64,000 nucleotides of DNA, from positions 26,962-90,961 of the forward strand of contig CAWIIY010000004.1 of the NCBI GenBank assembly GCA_963836295.1. The letters run 5' to 3'. Shown here one piece after another: positions 1 through 8,371 of the stretch (positions are counted from its first letter, which is position 1; the number at the start of each line of letters is the position of its first letter). The position numbers and the translations under genes are program-made. Origin of the DNA: an uncultured Acidobacteriaceae bacterium. Its GTDB lineage: Bacteria; Acidobacteriota; Terriglobia; Terriglobales; Acidobacteriaceae. Under the pieces are notes generated by a model that worked only from the letters and a program-made list of their open reading frames with translations, searched no databases and was not told the origin of the DNA.

Positions 1-738
1 GGCTACCATAACTTTAACCAGAACTCGGGATTCACTCTTGTTTTGCCGAACGACTTCACCACCGAGAACTACCCGAACTCGATGATGACCCAGGTTATCG
101 GGATCAACAACCACGGCACCACGGACGGCTTCTACGTGGACAATGCCGGCAACACCCACGGCTTCTACTTCATCAAGGGAACGAGCCCTAAAGGAACGTT
201 TGTCAACGTCGATTACCCTGGCACGGTATTCAACCAGTTACTCGGCCAGAACGACATGGGACAGGCGTCGGGCTACTACAGTATGAGCCAGAACAACAGC
301 ACCCCCGACTTCCCCTACGTGTACAACGAATTGGGGGGAGGGGTTTTTCAGGTAATCACCATCCCGGCGGCCGTTGGAGGAGCGCAGGCCACCGGCATCA
401 ACAACTCACAGCAAATCTCCGGGTTCTACATCGACGCCGCCGGCACGAATCATGGCTTCCTGCTGAACTTCGGCCTGTTGGTGACGCTCGATGCCCCTGG
501 TAGCACCTTCACTCAGGCACTCGGACTGAACAACCGGGGACAGGTGGTGGGTGATTATATGGATGCGGCCGGCAATACCCACGGCTTCGTGTGGACCAGC
601 GCTGGCGGCTTCGTGACGGTTGACGATCCCAGCGGCATAGGCACGACCGTCGTCAACGGCATCAACGACGCGGGCGACCTTGTTGGGTTCTACGGTAACG
701 CTCCGATCAACAGCGGATTCGTAGCCACCCCGAACTAA
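1..738 (+). CDS. Extracellular repeat protein with HAF-like repeats (5' partial)
   Basis: Frame 1 has no stop from base 1, so listed ORF 43..738 is only the part after the first start codon. About five ~45-aa repeats of GINNxGxxxGxYxDxxGxxHGF. Confidence 0.6.
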   Translation, partial: GYHNFNQNSGFTLVLPNDFTTENYPNSMMTQVIGINNHGTTDGFYVDNAGNTHGFYFIKGTSPKGTFVNVDYPGTVFNQLLGQNDMGQASGYYSMSQNNSTPDFPYVYNELGGGVFQVITIPAAVGGAQATGINNSQQISGFYIDAAGTNHGFLLNFGLLVTLDAPGSTFTQALGLNNRGQVVGDYMDAAGNTHGFVWTSAGGFVTVDDPSGIGTTVVNGINDAGDLVGFYGNAPINSGFVATPN

Positions 739-762
739 GCCTTGACTTGGCGATATGCAGTA

Positions 763-796
763 CCCCGCCCTGCCGAAATAGGGCGGGATTTTTTTG
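763..796 (+). terminator. Rho-independent terminator
   Basis: CCCCGCCC / loop TGCCGAAATA / GGGCGGG followed by ATTTTTTT, directly after the stop at 738. Confidence 0.6.
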
Positions 797-933
797 TGCC
801 GAGCATGTTCGACAGTCTGGAAGGCAAAACCCTCTTCGCAACCTCTATGGACGGGTCGCGAAACGCTGGAACGGCGATTGTGGAGTTACCCGCGACGTGC
901 ACCATGACTCGGCTTCGAGCTTAGAATCGAGTC

Positions 934-1597
934 ATGGCTAGACAACAGTTCCTTTGCCGATGGTTAATTTTGGGCACGCTGTTTTGCGTTGCGACCGCTG
1001 CTTTCGCCGACGCTTCGCCGGTTGAACGAATCGGCGCCCTGAGTGCGCCCGCAGCTTCTGACGCTCTGAAGCAAGCGGTCGAAGAAAGGGGATACCGTAT
1101 AACGCTCGAACGGCGGTTGGACGGCGGAGTTCTGGTTTGCAAAAAAACTGGAGGCTGCGGCGAAGCCTGTTCCAGGCGCGCTCTATCCTGGGTTGGCGGA
1201 CGCAGAGTTCGTTGGAGTGGTTAACCTGCCCAAAGGTATGACCGATTTTCGCGGTCAGACAATTCCTGCAGGCGTGTACACCTTGCGCTATCAATTGCTG
1301 CCGCAGGACGGCAATCACATGGGCGTTTCTCCTAATCCTGATTTTTTGCTGGCCATTCCTGTCGCCAGCGACCCGAATCCGGAGCAGGGGTATCTCTACA
1401 GAAAGCTGGTTGCGCTGAGCGCCAAAACGACCGGCACGAATCACCCAGCGGTAATTGCGATGGACGCAGCGGGAGCTCCGAGCAGTATCGTGGGAGACGC
1501 GCAGGGAATGGTGGTATTCACCGTGACCGTCCCCTCCTCGGGTACGAGCGCGACCGAGAAGCTGGGAATTGTGGTGAAAGGTACCGCCGGGCCCTAG
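934..1597 (+). CDS. Secreted hypothetical protein, apparently split by a 1-nt frame change
   Basis: ORF 934..1224 carries signal peptide MARQQFLCRWLILGTLFCVATAAFA. Frame 2 is open from 1103 and reads TAEFWFAKKLEAAAKPVPGALYPGLADAEFVGVV straight into ORF 1193..1597. The junction lies within 1103..1141. Confidence 0.45.
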
Positions 1598-2127
1598 GAA
1601 ACAACGAGAAAAAGACCGTTTTCTCGAACCTGCTTTCACGGCTGGGTGTAGGCTTCAATTCGCGCGACCTCGTTCAACTTCCACTTCAGGCGTGTCTCAT
1701 CCATTTTCCCGAAAAATAATTTCTTCCTGCCCCGCTGAGCTACCGCTGTTTTTCTCCTCCGTGGTGTTGCAGAGTGCATCAGTGCGATGAATATCACAAC
1801 AGCCCCCTTTGGGCCGTCTCCCATGCGAGCCAAGTCACTGGTTCCACTGCTTATACACGACGGAAGCGACTGTTAAAACGGGCAATGCACGGATTTGCCG
1901 TTGTAGAAAGCAACAAATCACTTCGTTAAAAAATGCAACTCCGGGATCGTGGAGATTTGCAACAGGTCTGCACAACCCAAGCAAACCTCGCTACTTGTGC
2001 CTGTCCATGGGAACAATTTTCCTCATCCGCTGGTTTGGTATCCCGAATGCCTTAGTAAAAGTGTCAAGCGCGATACAACCAGCGCTGGCAAAGCAAGAAG
2101 CCCTCGGATGCGAGGCAGGAGGCGGTT

Positions 2128-2805
2128 ATGACAGTTCTTCTAGTGCTCATGATGTTCGCAATCTTCCTTACGATTGATTTCTTCTACTCGAAGGCTAAGC
2201 ACCCCGTGTTGCAGGTAGCTCCGGCGATGCGCAAACAGGACACGGCGACGGCGCGGTTGAAGCCCAGCCTGGTAGGCGGATTCTCAGTTCCCGATAATCT
2301 CCGCTATCACCCCGGACACACTTGGGCGCTCAGCGAGAGTCCAAACCTGGTACGAATCGGGATCGACGACTTCGCCTCCAAGCTGACCGGCAAAGTCGAA
2401 CACATCACGCTGCCGCAGCGTGGCCAGTGGATTCGTCAAGGACAAAAAGTGTGGAGCCTCGTGCGCAACGGAGTCAAAGTTGACATGGTTTCCCCAATTG
2501 AAGGCAGCGTGGCCGACATCAACGAAGCGGTGGTAACCAACCCGGCCCTGGCGACGAAAGATCCCTACGGTGACGGCTGGCTGGTAACGGTGCAGTCTCC
2601 CGATGCCAAAACCAACTTCCGCAACCTGCTGGGCGGGGCGCTGGCACGGTGGTGGACGGAAGAGTCCTCCATGCGGTTGCAGCGGGTCATGCCCAACGCG
2701 CTCGGCGCCTTGGCCCAGGACGGCGGAGTCGCGATCGACGATCTCGCCAGCACCATGCCGGACGAGCAGTGGACCAAGATCACCCGCGAATTCTTCCTGA
2801 CATAA
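2128..2805 (+). CDS. Membrane-anchored glycine-cleavage H-protein-like (GcvH family) protein
   Basis: N-terminal TM helix, then YHPGHTWA...VRIGIDDFA...VSPIEGSVADINEAVVTNPALATKDPYGDGWL, the GcvH/lipoyl-domain pattern. Confidence 0.7.
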   Translation: MTVLLVLMMFAIFLTIDFFYSKAKHPVLQVAPAMRKQDTATARLKPSLVGGFSVPDNLRYHPGHTWALSESPNLVRIGIDDFASKLTGKVEHITLPQRGQWIRQGQKVWSLVRNGVKVDMVSPIEGSVADINEAVVTNPALATKDPYGDGWLVTVQSPDAKTNFRNLLGGALARWWTEESSMRLQRVMPNALGALAQDGGVAIDDLASTMPDEQWTKITREFFLT

Positions 2806-2824
2806 CTGCAGTCAGAAAACCAAC

Positions 2825-2861
2825 GCCCCGGAGTGCACCTCCTGCTCCGGGGCTTTTTCTT
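2825..2861 (+). terminator. Rho-independent terminator
   Basis: GCCCCGGAG / 11-nt loop / CTCCGGGGC followed by TTTTTCTT, 20 nt after the stop at 2805. Confidence 0.6.
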
Positions 2862-2941
2862 GCGCCGGTTGACTGCGATCAGAATTCATCGTCCTATGGA
2901 TATACCGCCGGTATCATAAGAAGCAGAGCCAGGAGCCAACC

Positions 2942-3775
2942 ATGAGCAACGTTCTTCTCATCGGCAAAGACTCGGAGACGACCCGTTCCATCATGCAAGC
3001 CCTTGCCGATAAGGATTGCTCTAGTGAATGTGCTGCCGGCGGCGCGGACGCCATCCACCGTTTGCGGCGTCAATCGTTCGATGTGCTCATCACCGATCCT
3101 GAAACCACCATTGAGGAAGACCTGGCGCTGATCGAGGAGATGCACGAGATCCGGCCAGGTGTGAAGACCATCATCCTGGCTCCGCATACGACGCCGGAGG
3201 AGGTTATCGCCGCCCTGCGGGCACGTGTGTTCGTCTGCATGGGCGCTCCGTTTGAAGCTGATGAGATTGCCAACTTCGCGGCCCAGGCCGTCTCCGACGC
3301 CGACTGGCGCACCGACATTGAGGTTTTGTCGGCGCAGCCGCAATGGGTTTCGCTGCGTGCCAACTGCCGCATGCTGACGGCCGAGCGGGTGGTGAGCTTC
3401 CTGCGCGAGCTGTGCTCGGAATTGCCGGAGGATACCCGCAATGACGTGATGTTGGCCTTCCGCGAGATTCTGCTGAATGCCATGGAACACGGCGCGGCGT
3501 TCAATCAGCATAAGGTGGTGGAGGTGTCGGCGGTGCGCACCGAACGAACAATTGTCTTCTACGTGCGCGATCCGGGTACTGGCTTCCGGCGCAATGCTAT
3601 CGCCCACGCCGCGGTAGCGAATGCTCCCGACGCTCCCGCCGCCCACATCGAACACCGCGACGAGCTAGGCATGCGCCCCGGCGGATACGGCATTCTGCTG
3701 GCGCAGGGCATCGTGGATGAGTTGATGTACAGTGAAGTGGGCAACGAGGTCTTGCTGATCAAGCACACGGCGTGA
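2942..3775 (+). CDS. Receiver-like domain fused to a HATPase_c_2 (RsbW/SpoIIAB-like) domain
   Basis: N-terminus has a CheY-like layout (VLLIGKD...FDVLITD...KTIILAPH). C-terminus has AFREILLNAMEHG...VRDPGTGF...GGYGILLA, the anti-sigma-kinase-type ATPase motifs. Confidence 0.65.
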   Translation: MSNVLLIGKDSETTRSIMQALADKDCSSECAAGGADAIHRLRRQSFDVLITDPETTIEEDLALIEEMHEIRPGVKTIILAPHTTPEEVIAALRARVFVCMGAPFEADEIANFAAQAVSDADWRTDIEVLSAQPQWVSLRANCRMLTAERVVSFLRELCSELPEDTRNDVMLAFREILLNAMEHGAAFNQHKVVEVSAVRTERTIVFYVRDPGTGFRRNAIAHAAVANAPDAPAAHIEHRDELGMRPGGYGILLAQGIVDELMYSEVGNEVLLIKHTA

Positions 3776-3792
3776 GGCGTTAGATTACGCTG

Positions 3793-4421
3793 CTATAACC
3801 ACCCCTTCGCGCGGGCGATGCGCGCCGCCTCCACCCGGTTGGCGGCGCCGAGTTTGCTGATGGCTTCCGAGAGGTAATTCCTCACTGTGCCTTCTGACAA
3901 ATTCAACTCAGTGGCGATTTCGGAGCTGGCTTTGCCTTCTCCGGCGAGACGCAACACCTGGCGCTCGCGCTCAGTAAGCGGATCGGCCTCGTCGGTTCAC
4001 GCCTCGGCGGCGAGTTGAGGATCAATGACACGCAAGCCGCGATGCACGCGGCGCACCGCGTCAGCCAGGCGCTCCGCTGGCATGTCTTTCAGCAGATAGC
4101 CCGAAGCTCCGGCGTCGAGAGCGCGGCGCAGGTATCCGGCGCGGGCGAAGGTGGTAAGAATGATGACGCGCACCGGTACGCCGCGGCGCTTCAATTCAGC
4201 CGCAACTTCCAGTCCAGTCAGCGTTGGCATTTCGATATCGGTGATGAACACGTCGGGCTGGTTCTGCTGCACCGTGCGCAAAGCTTCGTCGCCGGAATGT
4301 GCGCGAGCGATGACCTCGATATCGTCTTCCATTTCGAGTAACGCGGCCAGCGCACCTAGCGACCGATGGCTTGGTCTTCGGCGAGAATTACCCGGATCTT
4401 GTCGCGCTTAGCGGGCGGCAT
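3793..4421 (-). pseudogene. NarL/DesR-type response regulator carrying two lesions (TA insertion plus in-frame TGA)
   Basis: ATG 4421, 4 nt after the kinase stop, reads MPPAKRDKIRVILAEDQAIGR then TAG (4356-4358). Deleting the dinucleotide TA restores AEDQAIGR-GALAALLEMEDDIEV... (ORF 3997..4332). An in-frame TGA at 3997-3999 is followed in the same frame by TDEADPLTERERQVLRLAGEGKASSEIATELNLSEGTVRNYLSEAISKLGAANRVEAARIARAKGWL-stop (LuxR HTH). Confidence 0.7.
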
Positions 4422-4425
4422 GCCC

Positions 4426-5538
4426 TCAGTTTCGCAGAGCCGAGGCCATTGGCGCGAGAGGCAAATGAATTACCAGGCGAGTACCGGCGGCGGTCTGGCG
4501 CTGCAGCGAGCCGCCAATCGCCTCCAGCCGTTCGCGCATGCCGCGCAGACCATTGCCTTCGGGAGCATCAGCGCCGCATCCGTTGTCGGAGATTTCCAGG
4601 GTGCAAAGCTGTTCGTCGCGCGCCAGGCGGACGCAGCAGGTTTGCGCCTGGGCGTGGCGCACCACGTTGGTTACAGCTTCACGCAGCGCCAGGGCAAGCA
4701 CGGTTTCCTGCGCTGGGCTGAGCGGAACCTCCGAGGCTTCGCAGTCTACGCTGATGCCCGCGGTTTGCAGCGTCTGACGGGCGCGCACGAGTTCGGCGGC
4801 GAGACCCTGACCCCGATATCCGCTGATAGCTTCGCGCACGTCGGCCAGCGCGGCGCGGGAGGTGTGTTCGACATCCTGCATTTCCTGCTTGGCCCGCTGC
4901 GGATCGCGATCTACCAGCTTGCGCGCCAGCTCGGCCTTCAGAGTGATGAGCGAGAGAGTGTGTCCCAGCAGATCATGCAGGTCGCGCGCAATGCGTTCCC
5001 GCTCCGCGACCTTGGCGAGATGTTCGATCTCGTTGTTGGCCACGCGCAGCTTCTCTGCGGCACAGTGGCTGAGTGCGAAGTAATGGTTGCCGAATCCCAC
5101 CACGAGAATCAGCAGCAGCATCGAGCCCCAGAAACCAACGGGCAGGTTGAGCCGATAGACATACCAGACGAGTACGACTACGTCCAAAGCCAACAGTAGA
5201 GACACTCTGCGCAGGTTTGGGTGGAAACCGCCAGCAGCCGCTGCATAGATCAGAAAGCCGACGGCGCCGCTGTTGAACGGGATCAAGACCGCGGCCATGG
5301 CCGTCATGGCCAAGATGCTCGCCAACCTGTACGGCTCGGGACGGGAGAATGCCTGCAGGTAGAACAGAATAAAGACAAGACCTAAGAAGGTATTGATCAC
5401 CCAACCCGACAGAGAACTGTGCTTTGACAGCGGATCCAAGAAGAACCAAGCCAGAAGTGGCAACCAGATGAGAGGCATCCAGCGATGTTGGTCATCGGTA
5501 GGATAAATTTTCCACCAGATTGCGCGAATGGTAGTCAT
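4426..5538 (-). CDS. DesK-like sensor histidine kinase (HisKA_3 + HATPase)
   Basis: Several N-terminal TM helices; H-box ERERIARDLHDLLGHTLS; ATPase motifs REAVTNVVRHA and DNGCG. The MTTIRAIWW start at 5538 was chosen because the longer ORF overlaps the upstream small gene. Confidence 0.85.
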   Translation of the reverse strand: MTTIRAIWWKIYPTDDQHRWMPLIWLPLLAWFFLDPLSKHSSLSGWVINTFLGLVFILFYLQAFSRPEPYRLASILAMTAMAAVLIPFNSGAVGFLIYAAAAGGFHPNLRRVSLLLALDVVVLVWYVYRLNLPVGFWGSMLLLILVVGFGNHYFALSHCAAEKLRVANNEIEHLAKVAERERIARDLHDLLGHTLSLITLKAELARKLVDRDPQRAKQEMQDVEHTSRAALADVREAISGYRGQGLAAELVRARQTLQTAGISVDCEASEVPLSPAQETVLALALREAVTNVVRHAQAQTCCVRLARDEQLCTLEISDNGCGADAPEGNGLRGMRERLEAIGGSLQRQTAAGTRLVIHLPLAPMASALRN

Positions 5539-5551
5539 TGTCTGCTCGTCC

Positions 5552-5713
5552 CTATTGTTGTCTGGAATGGGCCCTGGGCACAACTGTGTACCAGATCACA
5601 GCAACCGCCGTAATCGCCAGACCTAGCCAATCCCAGTGTCCACTGAAACTAAGCGCTGTAAAGATAACCATGGCGACGGCCCAGAGAATCCATTGTGCGC
5701 TTTTGCTTTTCAT
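5552..5713 (-). CDS. Small 2-TM membrane protein (53 aa, below the ORF-track cutoff)
   Basis: My translation: MKSKSAQWILWAVAMVIFTALSFSGHWDWLGLAITAVAVIWYTVVPRAHSRQQ-stop. AGGAGG lies 5 nt upstream of the ATG, directly upstream of the kinase. Confidence 0.5.
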   Translation of the reverse strand: MKSKSAQWILWAVAMVIFTALSFSGHWDWLGLAITAVAVIWYTVVPRAHSRQQ

Positions 5714-5770
5714 AGGTACCTCCTGATTCGGTTCTGACGATCACTGTCAAATTCGACAATGGCTGCGTCA

Positions 5771-5795
5771 ACTGACCACTGACAACTGACCACTG
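5771..5795. repeat. Heptanucleotide tandem repeat ACTGACC ACTGACA ACTGACC ACTG
   Basis: Read directly; intergenic, 3 nt from the stop of the ABC permease. Confidence 0.8.
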
Positions 5796-5798
5796 TTT

Positions 5799-6617
5799 TC
5801 ATCCATACAGCTTGCCTTCATCGCGCCAATACCCCCAAGCCGCCAATCCCAGGCAAATCAAGGTGAACGACACCAGTCCCTCGACGTGTCCCCAAGTGGA
5901 CGCCGGTACCATGCCTAAACCGACCACATTCAGCGCGAGCTGGCTCATGTGGTACGGCGGTAGCACGTTGGCGAACATGCGCAACCCATGCGGCAGCATG
6001 AAGAGCGGGATCCACAGCCCAGAGCAGAACGACATCGGCAAATAGATCAGGTTAACCAGCGCCGGAGCGGAGTTCGGCTTCGCGAAGTACCCGATTGCGA
6101 GTCCCATCGCGCTGAAGGGAATCGAACCCGCGACCAAAACGCCGAGCAGTTGCGCGGCTGTGGTCAGCGGCAGCCGCACGCCACCGAACGCTGTCCCGAC
6201 AGCAAATAGCAGAAGCACGATGACCGTACTGAACACAACCGCTGAGAACAGCTTGGCGAAGAAATAGGCCGCAATCGGCATTGGCGAAGCACGCTTCACT
6301 TGCAGCCAGCCCTGGCCGCGTTCGATCGCGAGGCTTACCCCGAAACCGAACAGCGCAACCGCCATCACGCCGAAGCATCCCATGGTTGCCAGCATGTAAA
6401 CCGCGGTTTCATTCCGGTTGGCAGGGTTGCCCGATCCAAGTACGATGCCGAACAGTACGTAGAACATCAGCGGAAACGCGACCGTAGAAATCGCATACAC
6501 CGGGATGCGCACGTTCTTCAGTAACTCGTACTTCGCTTCCTTGTAGAAGAGCGCGATCGTTCTCGCCGGTGAGCGGCGGGTCACAGCAAGAGTAGCGGGA
6601 AACGTGGTGGAAGCCAT
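5799..6617 (-). CDS. ABC-2 type transporter permease
   Basis: 272 aa with about 6 TM helices, immediately downstream of the ATPase with a 1-nt gap. Confidence 0.8.
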   Translation of the reverse strand: MASTTFPATLAVTRRSPARTIALFYKEAKYELLKNVRIPVYAISTVAFPLMFYVLFGIVLGSGNPANRNETAVYMLATMGCFGVMAVALFGFGVSLAIERGQGWLQVKRASPMPIAAYFFAKLFSAVVFSTVIVLLLFAVGTAFGGVRLPLTTAAQLLGVLVAGSIPFSAMGLAIGYFAKPNSAPALVNLIYLPMSFCSGLWIPLFMLPHGLRMFANVLPPYHMSQLALNVVGLGMVPASTWGHVEGLVSFTLICLGLAAWGYWRDEGKLYG

Positions 6618-6618
6618 G

Positions 6619-7575
6619 TTAGTTCATCTCCTTCGAGGTATCGGCGTCATGGTTCTGCGTCAGCGCCAGGAACGCCTCTTCCAAGCCCGCATTCGTGACT
6701 TCCAAATCGCCCAGCCAGGAATCTCGCTGCAACAACTCGCGCACCACCGGTTCGGCAGCGTTCACTTGCAGCTCAAATGCGTTGCGGTCGGCCTTCGCGC
6801 TGAGCACGCCGGGAATCTGGCGGACTTCTTCGAGCGACAGCCTGCTGGTGCAGCGGATCTGTTTGCCCATCGCCCGCGCCTTGATTTCGGCGGGCGTGCC
6901 TTCGGCCACAATCGTCCCCTTATTAAGCACAAGGATGCGATCTGCCAGCGCATCGGCTTCGTTCAGGTAATGCGTGGTGAGGAGTACCGTCTTGCCGCGG
7001 CCGATCAGGGTGCGGATTTGCGCCCACATCAAACGCCGCGCTTCCACATCAAGGCCAACTGTGGGCTCGTCCAGAAAAAGCAGGTCGGGATTACCGCAAA
7101 TGGCGATACCGAACAACACGCGCTGCTTCTGGCCGCCTGAAAGCTCGCCGTACGGGCGATTCTTGATGTCTTCGATTCCCGCGATCCTCAGCGTCTCCGC
7201 GATGGGCAGCGGCGCTGGATAGTAAGACGAAAACAGGTCAATATGCTCGCGCACTCTAAGCGTTTCCGGCACACGGCCGACTTGGAGCATGGCGCCGAGC
7301 CGCGTCTGCACCTGTCCGAGATGAGGGTCAGACCCGAGTACCGAGATGGTCCCGGAGTCGGGACGCGCCAGGCCCAGCAGGACTTGCACCAATGTGGTCT
7401 TGCCTGCACCGTTGGGACCGAGCAGCGCCAGTAACTCACCAGCGTAGATTTCGAGATTCAAATCGCGCAGTGCGACAACCTCACCATAGCTTTTCTTTAG
7501 GTGATGGCTCTTCGCAACACTCACCACCCGGGGGCTTGAGATGTCGAGAGGTATTTCGGCCAAAGCAGTTGGCAT
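6619..7575 (-). CDS. ABC transporter ATP-binding protein
   Basis: Walker A GPNGAGKTT, signature LSGGQKQR, Walker B LLFLDEPT. Start MPTALAE at 7575 is preceded by AGGAG. Confidence 0.9.
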   Translation of the reverse strand: MPTALAEIPLDISSPRVVSVAKSHHLKKSYGEVVALRDLNLEIYAGELLALLGPNGAGKTTLVQVLLGLARPDSGTISVLGSDPHLGQVQTRLGAMLQVGRVPETLRVREHIDLFSSYYPAPLPIAETLRIAGIEDIKNRPYGELSGGQKQRVLFGIAICGNPDLLFLDEPTVGLDVEARRLMWAQIRTLIGRGKTVLLTTHYLNEADALADRILVLNKGTIVAEGTPAEIKARAMGKQIRCTSRLSLEEVRQIPGVLSAKADRNAFELQVNAAEPVVRELLQRDSWLGDLEVTNAGLEEAFLALTQNHDADTSKEMN

Positions 7576-7753
7576 GGTTCGCTCCTGTGTGCCCAGCTTT
7601 CTTCGGGCCACGCTTGCGATCATCGCTCATGCGAAACTCAGGCGGTAGTGTGGATTGTCAGCGACCGGGCGTGACAAATGTCATGGAATGAACGCGATTC
7701 ACCCCCTGTCGCCAACTGCCAAGTTCGCGTCGGCAGGGCTTTTCGAGTGACTT

Positions 7754-7775
7754 CTATCACAGTTGCAAGTGATAG
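7754..7775. promoter_or_regulatory. Perfect 7-bp inverted repeat CTATCAC-N8-GTGATAG (possible operator)
   Basis: Read directly in the divergent intergenic region between the ABC operon and ORF 7893. Confidence 0.3.
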
Positions 7776-7892
7776 CAATCACGGCTGATATGCCCGTCTG
7801 GAGCGACACTTGGTTGTAAGAGTGAGGGGCCGGAGCCGAAACGCCGCACCCTGCCTTATGCGACCCGTCGGCCGAGGTGACAGAGGTCCGCC

Positions 7893-8360
7893 ATGCTGCT
7901 TGCATACCGCCTAGTAAAGCTGATCGAGAGCCATTCCGATGGGTTGGCCCGCAGTCTGCACAACCGTTATCGCCAATGCGAAAAGTGCTCGGCATACGCC
8001 AATGTGCCGGACAGCGAGCTAACCGAGAAAGTGTATGAAGTGTATCGCCATTTGGGCGAGTGGCTGCTCGGCAAGACCGAAGCCGATATTGAGAGCCGTT
8101 ACCTGGAGGTCGGAGCTCAGCGTGCAGCACAGGGGGTTCCCATTAGCCAGGTGGTGTGGATGATTTGCCTGGTCCGCGAGAACCTTTGGGACTACATGCA
8201 AAAGCAAGCAGAACTGGAGCGTCCGGCAGAGATCTTCGGCGAGTTGGAACTGCTGGAAATGCTGGATAAGTTTTTTAATCTCGCCATTTATTACGCTGCG
8301 CTGGGGCACGAGCGCGCCACTGCTGGCTACTCGGTGAAATCGGAAACCGTGCCTGCTTAG
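7893..8360 (+). CDS. Hypothetical protein (possibly RsbRD-N-like helical sensor domain)
   Basis: 155-aa ORF with coding-like composition and only weak motif resemblance. Confidence 0.4.
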   Translation: MLLAYRLVKLIESHSDGLARSLHNRYRQCEKCSAYANVPDSELTEKVYEVYRHLGEWLLGKTEADIESRYLEVGAQRAAQGVPISQVVWMICLVRENLWDYMQKQAELERPAEIFGELELLEMLDKFFNLAIYYAALGHERATAGYSVKSETVPA

Positions 8361-8371
8361 ACGAGGACCCT

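Noticed and set aside
1636-1833. A 65-aa minus-strand ORF (…GRKKLFFGKMDETRLKWKLNEVARIEAYTQP) as a small gene.
   Set aside because: No SD, no recognisable family, and an ambiguous start. It might be real but is not supportable from the sequence alone.
3997-3999. An in-frame TGA (and the TAG at 58370-58372) as programmed recoding, or as evidence for an alternative genetic code.
   Set aside because: All other genes in the window terminate normally at TGA, TAG or TAA, and many conserved proteins end exactly where expected at TGA. The regulator also carries a second lesion. No selenoprotein-like context is present.
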